In this document: piece by piece, positions 17,682 to 25,314 of the stretch | Layout: the number at the start of each line of letters is the position of its first letter | Position numbering within the stretch: position 1 is the first letter of the stretch | Source of the DNA: Candidatus Latescibacterota bacterium | GTDB taxonomy: Bacteria; Latescibacterota; UBA2968; UBA8231 | Assembly: GCA_965204725.1 (NCBI GenBank) | Contig: OZ242005.1 | Location: forward strand, 1,376,001 to 1,440,000 | Reading direction: 5' to 3' | Length of the DNA: 64,000 nucleotides | Notes under the pieces: model-generated | Seen by the model: only the letters and a program-made list of their open reading frames with translations | The model's database searches: none | What the model was told of the DNA's origin: nothing | Position numbers and translations under genes: made by a program

Positions 17682-18932
17682 ATGGGGCTGACCGACGCTA
17701 TTTTTAACCACCCGCGCCCTGGGTACTACGGGGAGTACGGTGGGGCCTTTATCCCCGAAATTCTACGCACGACTCTCGACGAATTGATCCAAGTTTTTGA
17801 GGACGCACGCCGCGCCCCTTCCTTTTGGGCGGAGTTTGAGCAGGTGATGCGGACCTATTCCTGTCGGCCCACCCCGATTACCTCGCTCGAAAACCTCTCC
17901 CGCGCAGTGGGCGGGGCGCGCATTTTTCTCAAGCGCGAGGACCTCAACCACACGGGCGCCCACAAGGTCAACAACGTCATGGGCCAAGGATTGTTGGTGC
18001 GCCGCATGGGCAAGAGCCGGGTCATCGCCGAGACGGGGGCCGGTCAGCACGGCGTGGCCACGGCGACGATGGCCGCCCGCTTGGGGCTGAAATGCACCAT
18101 CTACATGGGGGCTGTCGATGTGGAACGCCAGCGGCCCAATGTGTTTTGGATGGAGCAACTGGGGGCCGAGGTGGTTGCTGTGACCGATGGCTCGGCCACG
18201 CTCAAGGACGCGATCAACGAGAGCCTCCGCGATTGGGCCTATTCCATGGCCGACACGCACTATGTGCTCGGCACGGCTTGTGGCCCGCATCCCTTCCCGC
18301 AAATCGTCGCCTATTTCCAGCGGATCATCGGCGCGGAGAGCCGCCAGCAGATGCTAGACTCGGTGGGGCACCTGCCCGATAGGGTGTACGCCTGCGTCGG
18401 CGGCGGCTCCAACGCTACGGGCCTATTCTTGGGATTTCTCGACGACGCGGCCGTCGAATTGGTCGGGGTCGAAGCGGGAGGCCGGGGGCTGGAAACCGGG
18501 GCGCATGCCGCGCGCTTGGCCGGCCTCGTCGGCACCCCCGGAATAGCCCAAGGCTACAAGACGTTCTTTTTCCAAGACGCCGAAGGCCAGATGCGGCACA
18601 CGCACTCGGTGGCGGCCGGGCTAGACTACATCGGCGTCAGTCCGATCCTCGCCCACTTAGCCGAGGTGGGCCGGGTGCGCATTGAGGCCGCGACCGACCG
18701 AGAAGTGCTCGAGGCGCTCAAGCTGATGATGCGCCGCGAGGGGATCATCGGGGCGCTCGAAAGCACCCACGCCTTGGCCGGTGCCCTGCGCGAAGTCGGC
18801 GCGATGACGCCCGATCAAATTGTGCTGATTGGCCTGTCGGGCCGCGGCGACAAGGACATTTTCACGATCGCCAACGCGCTAGAGGACGAAAACTGGCAGC
18901 GCTTCCTCGCCGACAAGGCCGCCCGGTCGTGA
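17682..18932 (+). CDS. trpB: Tryptophan synthase beta chain
   Basis: KREDLNHTGAHK, AETGAGQHG, ACVGGGSN, AGLDY, LSGRGDKD. Confidence 0.97.
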   Translation: MGLTDAIFNHPRPGYYGEYGGAFIPEILRTTLDELIQVFEDARRAPSFWAEFEQVMRTYSCRPTPITSLENLSRAVGGARIFLKREDLNHTGAHKVNNVMGQGLLVRRMGKSRVIAETGAGQHGVATATMAARLGLKCTIYMGAVDVERQRPNVFWMEQLGAEVVAVTDGSATLKDAINESLRDWAYSMADTHYVLGTACGPHPFPQIVAYFQRIIGAESRQQMLDSVGHLPDRVYACVGGGSNATGLFLGFLDDAAVELVGVEAGGRGLETGAHAARLAGLVGTPGIAQGYKTFFFQDAEGQMRHTHSVAAGLDYIGVSPILAHLAEVGRVRIEAATDREVLEALKLMMRREGIIGALESTHALAGALREVGAMTPDQIVLIGLSGRGDKDIFTIANALEDENWQRFLADKAARS

Positions 18933-19705
18933 ACCTGCAAGCCTATATCGAAGGGCGGCTCGCCGAGCGCAAGGTGCTGCTGATGACGCATCTGATCGCT
19001 GGTTTCCCCTCACTGGAGGCCAACTGGCGGATGCTGGAGATCATGGCCGAGGTCGAGGTTGACTTGGTCGAATTGCAGATGCCCTTTAGCGAGCCCATCG
19101 CCGACGGGCCGACCTTTGCCAAAGCCAATCAACAGGCCCTCGAAAGCGGCCTTACCCTCGACCAGTACTTCGACCTAATGCAGCGGGCGACCGCGGCTTT
19201 CCCCTTTCCGCATTTGATGATGGGCTACTACAACACGGCGTTCCGCTTGGGGCACGGCCCGTTCTGCCGCCGCTTGGCAGCCAGCGGGGCCTGCGGCTTT
19301 ATCCTGCCGGACTTGCCGGTCGAAGAGTACGGCGACCTGTGGGCGGCCGGCGCGGAGTGCGAGCAAACGCCGATTTTGCTGATGACCCCGACCAACACCG
19401 AGCAGCGGTTGCACCAGATCGGCGCCCGCGCCCAAGGGTTTGTCTATGCGGTGGCACGCAAGGGCGTGACCGGCCGCCAGACGGACTTAGACGATGGACT
19501 CTATCGGTTTATCGCCCGCTGCCGTGCGGCGACCGATCGGCCGCTGGGAATCGGCTTTGGGCTCCGCAGCGGGGAAGATTTGCGCCAGCTACAGGGCCGG
19601 GCCGCCATCGGCATCGTCGGCTCGGTGCTCTTGGAGGTCTGGCAACGGGAAGGGGAAGCGGGCTACGCCGCTCTATTGCGCGCCTTGGCGGCTGGGCGCG
19701 ATTGA
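18929..19705 (+). CDS. trpA: Tryptophan synthase alpha chain
   Basis: ELQMPFSEPIADGP, LMMGYYN, PDLP, RKGVTG, IGFG, IVGS; GTGA overlap with trpB. Confidence 0.93.
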   Translation: MNLQAYIEGRLAERKVLLMTHLIAGFPSLEANWRMLEIMAEVEVDLVELQMPFSEPIADGPTFAKANQQALESGLTLDQYFDLMQRATAAFPFPHLMMGYYNTAFRLGHGPFCRRLAASGACGFILPDLPVEEYGDLWAAGAECEQTPILLMTPTNTEQRLHQIGARAQGFVYAVARKGVTGRQTDLDDGLYRFIARCRAATDRPLGIGFGLRSGEDLRQLQGRAAIGIVGSVLLEVWQREGEAGYAALLRALAAGRD

Positions 19706-19729
19706 AGTAGGTCCTTGACTGAGCCACCC

Positions 19730-20458
19730 TCAGTCCATGTACAACCCCCCATTCACATCGATGGTCTCGCCGGTGATGTGCCGTGCGTCGTCCGAAGCCA
19801 GAAAGAGGGCGCAGTGAGCTATGTCTTCGGGCTGGCCGGCGCCGCCGAGGGGGATAGAAGCCTTGAGTTGGTCGTGTTCCGGGGCGGCGGTCATGGCGGT
19901 ATCGATCACCCCGGGGGCGATGGCGTTGACGCGAATCAGATAGGGGGCTAAGGCCCGCGCTAGGCCAATGGTTAAGGTGAGGACGCCGGCTTTGGCCGCT
20001 GCGTAGGGAGGGCCGGCCGCTAGGCCGCCGGTCTTGGCCGCTAGGGAAGTCATGTTGACGATGACCCCTTGGCGGCGGGCCTTCATGGAGGGGATGACCG
20101 CTTGGGCGCAGAGGAAGGGGCCTTTCATATTGACATCGACCATGCGGTCCCAGTCCGCTTCGCTGCACGATTCAAAAGTGGTATAGATCAAATACCCAGC
20201 GTTGTTGACGAGGATGTCGATCGAGCCGAACCCGTCGAGGACGCGGTGGGTGCCGGCGCAGACTGAGGCTTTGGACGACACGTCCATTTCCAATCCCAAC
20301 GCGCCGATCGCAGCGGCCGTGGCGCGGGCGGCGTCGGGGTCCATATCGGCGATGGCCACGCGCGCTCCCTCGCGGACAAAGCACTCGGCGATGGCCCGCC
20401 CAATGCCTCGGCCGGCGCCGGTGATCAATGCGGTCTTGTGCTGTAATTTTCCCGGCAT
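19730..20458 (-). CDS. SDR family oxidoreductase
   Basis: TGAGRGIG, NNAG, YAAAK, RVNAIAPG. Confidence 0.9.
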   Translation of the reverse strand: MPGKLQHKTALITGAGRGIGRAIAECFVREGARVAIADMDPDAARATAAAIGALGLEMDVSSKASVCAGTHRVLDGFGSIDILVNNAGYLIYTTFESCSEADWDRMVDVNMKGPFLCAQAVIPSMKARRQGVIVNMTSLAAKTGGLAAGPPYAAAKAGVLTLTIGLARALAPYLIRVNAIAPGVIDTAMTAAPEHDQLKASIPLGGAGQPEDIAHCALFLASDDARHITGETIDVNGGLYMD

Positions 20459-20528
20459 GACAAGTTCCCGAAGTTAGACCAGAAGATATGCCATTTTGCG
20501 CGGCGGCCCAATGCGCGTGGGCGACGGC

Positions 20529-20557
20529 TTGCTAGATGCTGGGGAAAGGTCTATAAA
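20529..20557 (+). promoter_or_regulatory. Putative sigma70 promoter for DUF262-HEPN(-glgC)
   Basis: TTGCTA-17 bp-TATAAA. Confidence 0.5.
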
Positions 20558-20608
20558 TAAGGCCGCTTAGCGGGACCTGACTAAAACATCAATGTGGAGG
20601 ATGCTCGG

Positions 20609-21709
20609 ATGGAAGACAGTCGAACCTCGACCGAATTGGAATTGGAGCCGATAACGTCCGAAGACGAAGATCGCGAAAGCGTTCCGGCAGGCTACGAGGT
20701 CGCAACGTATCCAGCGGATTACACGTTGGAAGTGCTGCATCAAAAAAGGAAGGCGGACGAGATCGAGATTCCCAAATTCCAGCGGCAATTTGTCTGGACA
20801 CAGAGCCAAGCTAGCCGGCTGATAGAATCCTTTCTGGTGGGGCTACCGGTCCCCGCCGTATTCCTCTACAGCGAACTCGAAAGCCAGAAGTATCTCGTAA
20901 TAGACGGGCAGCAACGCTTGAAGAGCGTATTCTATTACTTTGAAGGGTATTTCGGCTCTGAAGAACGGGGTAAGCGCAAGGTATTCAGTTTGCAAGGTCT
21001 CCATCAGGAAAGCCCATTTTATGAAAAGAAATTTGAAGACCTGCGGGCAGAAGACCAACGGCGGCTGAAGAACGCCGTGTTACGCGCTTTTATCGTCCGG
21101 CAACTGGCCCCCGCTGACGATACAAGCATGTACTATATCTTTGAAAGGCTCAATACCGGGGGCACTTTACTGGCGAGTCAGGAAATTCGCAACTGTATCT
21201 ATCGCGGTCCCTTTATCGAATTTCTCGAAGAGATCAACAAATTGTCATGCTGGAGAAAAATACTCGGTAAAACAGAACCCGACAGCCGGCAAAGAGACAT
21301 CGAGCTATTGGTGCGCTTTTTTGCAATGCGAGATAGATCTGCCTACAAGAAGCCAATGAAGGACTTCTTGTCGAGGTTCACGCGAAAGAACAGGAATGCC
21401 TCTGAAGAGGTACTCCAAAGCAGCCAGCAGGTGTTCGAGCAAACCTGCGATGCCGTCATTAACTCGCTCGGGGATAAACCGTTTCACATTCGCTCGGGGC
21501 TGAATGCCGCCGTATTTGATGCGGTTATGGTTGCCTTTTCCGAGCACTTAGATGAAATCCCGACCAATATCTCTGTCCGGTATAAGAATTGGGTTAGGAG
21601 CGAAAATTGCCTCCTAAATACCACGCAGAGAACGACAGATGTCGAAAAGGTACGCGAGCGTTTCCGCCAAGCTGAACAGGAGCTTTTCGGCCAGTGCGCT
21701 GACCGCTGA
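20609..21709 (+). CDS. DUF262 (GmrSD N-terminal, ParB/Srx-like) domain protein
   Basis: IPKFQRQFVW, LIESFL.G.PVP, VIDGQQRL, IFERLNTGG; GGAGG RBS before ATG 20609. Confidence 0.9.
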   Translation: MEDSRTSTELELEPITSEDEDRESVPAGYEVATYPADYTLEVLHQKRKADEIEIPKFQRQFVWTQSQASRLIESFLVGLPVPAVFLYSELESQKYLVIDGQQRLKSVFYYFEGYFGSEERGKRKVFSLQGLHQESPFYEKKFEDLRAEDQRRLKNAVLRAFIVRQLAPADDTSMYYIFERLNTGGTLLASQEIRNCIYRGPFIEFLEEINKLSCWRKILGKTEPDSRQRDIELLVRFFAMRDRSAYKKPMKDFLSRFTRKNRNASEEVLQSSQQVFEQTCDAVINSLGDKPFHIRSGLNAAVFDAVMVAFSEHLDEIPTNISVRYKNWVRSENCLLNTTQRTTDVEKVRERFRQAEQELFGQCADR

Positions 21710-21710
21710 T

Positions 21711-22196
21711 ATGCGTATCCTGCGGATTGACCAAGCCTTGGAAAAATGCGAAGCGCATTTGTCTTTGGAAGAAGCCGTTGAAGCGGAAGTACAGAGCTTG
21801 CTCGCCCAGTCATTGGTGATTCTCATTTATGCGGAGTTTGAGCAAAAAGTTCGCGAATTGATTCGCGATCGATGCCGAAGCGCAACGGCAACGGATGACT
21901 CGGTAAGAGAATTTCTCGATTCTTGCGCGGAAAGCGCGTTTCGTGGTCTGAAAATTAGTGAAATTGCAGGGCTGCTCAGGCGATTTGGTGAGTCTCACAA
22001 GGAAGCATTTAACCAGCGCCTCGATCAAAATCAAAGAGCTAAGAACATGTACGACAGCATCTGGATCAATCGACATGAAATCGCGCACGGCGAAGGGAGT
22101 GCCGTCACCGTCGGCGATGTAAAACAGTACTACGAACACGGGCATTGCGTACTGGACTACTTACGCGATGCGCTGTTTCAAGACGAGTCGAGATAG
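21711..22196 (+). CDS. HEPN domain protein (RiboL-PSP/MAE_28990-like putative RNase)
   Basis: Helical, LIYAEFEQ and Rx4H motif RHEIAHG; starts 1 nt after the DUF262 stop. Confidence 0.82.
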   Translation: MRILRIDQALEKCEAHLSLEEAVEAEVQSLLAQSLVILIYAEFEQKVRELIRDRCRSATATDDSVREFLDSCAESAFRGLKISEIAGLLRRFGESHKEAFNQRLDQNQRAKNMYDSIWINRHEIAHGEGSAVTVGDVKQYYEHGHCVLDYLRDALFQDESR

Positions 22197-22205
22197 GGGA
22201 TTTCT

Positions 22206-23462
22206 ATGAGAAACGTCATTGGAGTCATCCTCGGGGGTGGGCAGGGTACGCGGCTTTTTCCGCTGACTCAGCTTCGCTCTAAGCCGGCCGTGCCGATTGG
22301 CGGCAAGTATCGCTTGATCGACATTCCCATCAGCAATTGTCTGCATTCTGGGGTCAACCGCATTTTCGCCCTGACCCAATTCAATTCCGCTTCGCTCCAC
22401 CGCCACATCAGCACGACGTACCGCTTTGATTCCTTTTCCGATGGGTTCGTCGAAATTTTGGCGGCCGAGCAGACCCAAGACAGCGTCGCTTGGTACCAAG
22501 GCACGGCCGATGCGGTGCGCCAACAACTCAGGCACTTGCTGTCGCGCCGGGCCGACCAAGTCCTAATCCTGTCGGGCGACCACCTCTATCGCATGGATTA
22601 CCGCGCCTTTGTCGAAGAGCATCGAGCGCGGGGCGCGGATGTGTCGATTGCGGTCAAGCCAGTGCCGCAGCAGGCCGCGCCCTCGTTGGGCATTGTGCAG
22701 GTAGATGCGCAGGGGCGGATCGTGGATTTTCGCGAAAAGCCGCAAGATGCGGCCGAGCTAGAGGCCCTGCGGCTGCCGGCGGCCGATTCGGAGGCGTGCT
22801 ATCTGGCTTCCATGGGCATCTACGTGTTTGAGCCTCAGGTTTTGGTCAGCCTGCTGATGAGCAGCGACCAAGACGACTTTGGCAAGCACATCATCCCCAG
22901 CGCGATCCACAAGGTCGGAGTTTTTGCCCATACCTTTGAAGGCTATTGGGAAGACATTGGGACCATTCGCTCTTTTTACGAGGCCAACCTAGCGCTGACC
23001 GATCGGCCGCCGCCTTTTGACTTTTACCGGGCCGACGCACCGATCTACACGCACGCGCGCTTCCTCGCTGGTACGCGGCTCGAGAGTTGCCACATTGAGC
23101 GAGGGATCATCTGCGAGGGCTCGTACATTCAGTCGGCTCAAATCGAGCGCTCGGTAATCGGGATCCGGTCGGTGATTGGCGCGAACTGCCAGATTGCCCA
23201 TACCATCGTCATGGGGGCTGATTCGGAAGAGTCGCCGGCCGATCGCGCGCGCAATGCGGCTCAGGGCATTCCGAATATGGGGATTGGTGCCAACACCCAA
23301 ATTACCGGCGCGATCATCGACAAAAACGCCCGCATCGGCGAGGGCGTGCGCATCACCAGCAAGGACCGAGGCGTCGAGGCCGGCGAGACTAATTACTACA
23401 TCCGCGACGGGATCGTGGTCGTGCCTAAGGACGCGGTGATTCCATCGGGCACTGTGATATAA
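22206..23462 (+). CDS. glgC: Glucose-1-phosphate adenylyltransferase
   Basis: GGGQGTRLFPLT, KPAVPIGGKYRLID, WYQGTADAV, FREKP, SMGIY, DFGK, YWEDIGT. Confidence 0.97.
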   Translation: MRNVIGVILGGGQGTRLFPLTQLRSKPAVPIGGKYRLIDIPISNCLHSGVNRIFALTQFNSASLHRHISTTYRFDSFSDGFVEILAAEQTQDSVAWYQGTADAVRQQLRHLLSRRADQVLILSGDHLYRMDYRAFVEEHRARGADVSIAVKPVPQQAAPSLGIVQVDAQGRIVDFREKPQDAAELEALRLPAADSEACYLASMGIYVFEPQVLVSLLMSSDQDDFGKHIIPSAIHKVGVFAHTFEGYWEDIGTIRSFYEANLALTDRPPPFDFYRADAPIYTHARFLAGTRLESCHIERGIICEGSYIQSAQIERSVIGIRSVIGANCQIAHTIVMGADSEESPADRARNAAQGIPNMGIGANTQITGAIIDKNARIGEGVRITSKDRGVEAGETNYYIRDGIVVVPKDAVIPSGTVI

Positions 23463-23478
23463 AGAAGCGAGCGGGGGT

Positions 23479-23522
23479 ACAGAAAAGGGGGGACGGGTGC
23501 ATAATCCGTCCCCCTTTTCTGT
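23479..23522. terminator. Bidirectional rho-independent terminator
   Basis: acagaaaaggggggacgg-loop-ccgtcccccttttctgt between convergent genes. Confidence 0.85.
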
Positions 23523-23536
23523 CCTGTGAAACAGTC

Positions 23537-25180
23537 CTATTTGAGCAAGGTCATTTTGCGGTGTAGGACTTGGTCGCCAGCGCGGAGGCGATAGAAGTAC
23601 GTACCGGCGCTGAGGTCCGACGCATCAACGGCGAGCGAGTAGGTGCCAGCCACGCGCCACCCTTCGGCCAGCGTTGCCACCTGTTGGCCGAGGGCGTTGA
23701 AGAGGGCCAACTCGACGTGCCCAGCCGCCGGCATGGCGAAGGCAATGGTCGTGCTGGGGTTGAAGGGATTGGGGTAGTTTTGGTTGAGGGTATAAGCATT
23801 GGGTATGGCGGCCGACACGGCCGACTCTTCGGCGATGACGGTCGTTGGCATCTCGTTGGGCATGATGCCGACCGCAGCGAGGAAGGTCCAGCCCGAGGTC
23901 CAGAGCTCGTTGCCAAAGGCACCGGCATAGTCAACTTGGGTGTAGAAGCCGTCGTCGGGAATGGTGCCGCCGCTCCAAGCCGGGCTATCGTCTTGGAGCC
24001 TAGGGTCGAGTCCGCTGTCCGCAGTGCGGGAAATGCCCTTGAGCAATGGATCCTCGAGGCGGTTGTTGTGGGCTGCGAGGTGAGCGAGAGCAAACCCGGG
24101 GACGAGCGAAGCAACGTCGTCGCCGGTGCCAAAGCCCCACCAAATGTTGTCGGCCAAGACGAGGTCGCCGGCCTCCAAGCGAGCGCGGCTGTCCTCCCCA
24201 GACTCTAAGTCCTCGATATCGACGCCCTCCCCGGCAAAGTCGGTGAAGATGCTGTTGTGGTATTGGCCCCCGGCGTTGTCTCGGATTTTGAGCACCACAT
24301 CGTTGTCGCCGTTGGCGGAAAAGGCCCCGGAGCCGATATAGGTGGCATTGTAGATGACCGGAGTGGCATAGGGCGTACCGTCCTCGGGCGTGGTGCCGCC
24401 GTCGTGCTCCCCGGCGCGGTTGCCGCTGTTTTCGCCTTGGATGGAGAACCAGAACTGGCCCTTGCCGCGGAAGCCTTCGTCGTAGTCAAAGGCGTCGTCG
24501 CCGTTGAAGGCCGAAACCAGATACTTGGTGTTGGCCGTGCCGCCGAACCACTCAAAGCCATCGTCTTGGTTGTTGTACACCTCGACGTATTCGATGACCG
24601 TACCGCGGCCGACGCCGCCCAAGGTCAGGCCGTTGATCTCGTTGCCCGCGCCGATGTCGGTGCCGCCGTGGCGGATGGACACGTAGCGGAAGACGCCGGA
24701 GTTGTCGTCGTCGTCGTCGCCGCCGTAGAGGCCGCGCGGCTCGGTGGTGGGAATCCCCTCAATGGGGGTTTCGCCCGGCTCGGAGTTGAGGCTCGCCCGA
24801 CCGAGGATAATGACGCCGCCCCACAGGCCGCGGGCGTCGAGCGGCAGGTCGTTGGGATCGCTGACGTCGTCGGCTTCGGCCGTGAAAATGATCGGTTTAG
24901 CTAGGGTGCCCTCGGCGAAAATTTTGCCGCCGCGGGCGACGACGAGTGCGCTGGCGTTTTCGCCTTGTCCCGGCTTGCCCTTGATGACTGTGCTCGCCTG
25001 AATCGTCAGGGAGGAACCCTCACCGACAAAAACTAAGCCGTTGAGCACGTACTCGTTATCTGCGGTCCATTCGACGTGGGTGCCGACCGGAATATCGGCG
25101 TCTGTGACGTCGATGAGGGCCGCTGAAGCAATGGTCGGCAACAGGGCGGTGCCGACCGCGAGCATTATCTTGCGAAGCAT
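23537..25180 (-). CDS. Secreted acidic protein (probable beta-helix fold) with T9SS type A C-terminal sorting domain
   Basis: Start MLRKIML at 25180 (AGGAGG RBS, signal peptide); GLWGGVIILG, DDNSGVFRYV, EINGLTLGGVG, DDGFEWFGG; CTD LNQNYPNPFNP..LGQ.V..GTYFYRL..KMTLLK. Confidence 0.82.
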   Translation of the reverse strand: MLRKIMLAVGTALLPTIASAALIDVTDADIPVGTHVEWTADNEYVLNGLVFVGEGSSLTIQASTVIKGKPGQGENASALVVARGGKIFAEGTLAKPIIFTAEADDVSDPNDLPLDARGLWGGVIILGRASLNSEPGETPIEGIPTTEPRGLYGGDDDDDNSGVFRYVSIRHGGTDIGAGNEINGLTLGGVGRGTVIEYVEVYNNQDDGFEWFGGTANTKYLVSAFNGDDAFDYDEGFRGKGQFWFSIQGENSGNRAGEHDGGTTPEDGTPYATPVIYNATYIGSGAFSANGDNDVVLKIRDNAGGQYHNSIFTDFAGEGVDIEDLESGEDSRARLEAGDLVLADNIWWGFGTGDDVASLVPGFALAHLAAHNNRLEDPLLKGISRTADSGLDPRLQDDSPAWSGGTIPDDGFYTQVDYAGAFGNELWTSGWTFLAAVGIMPNEMPTTVIAEESAVSAAIPNAYTLNQNYPNPFNPSTTIAFAMPAAGHVELALFNALGQQVATLAEGWRVAGTYSLAVDASDLSAGTYFYRLRAGDQVLHRKMTLLK

Positions 25181-25207
25181 AGTATCCTCCTGATACTGGA
25201 TAAAAGG

Positions 25208-25243
25208 AATGGACGCCAGCGTCCCGAACCGCTGGCGTCCATT
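25208..25243 (-). other. Perfect 14-bp stem-loop in the leader between the TonB receptor and T9SS-cargo genes
   Basis: aatggacgccagcg-8 nt-cgctggcgtccatt. Confidence 0.7.
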
Positions 25244-25270
25244 AAGAAAGCACGAGCCTGTACCAGTAGT

Positions 25271-25297
25271 ATGGCGGTAGTGTGAACAGTTTGTTAC
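25271..25297 (-). promoter_or_regulatory. PHO-box-like array (3 units) upstream of the T9SS-cargo gene
   Basis: Minus strand GTAAC/TTCAC/GCCAT at exact 11-bp period (plus coordinates 25293, 25282, 25271). Confidence 0.55.
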
Positions 25298-25314
25298 AAC
25301 CCCCAGCGCATGGG

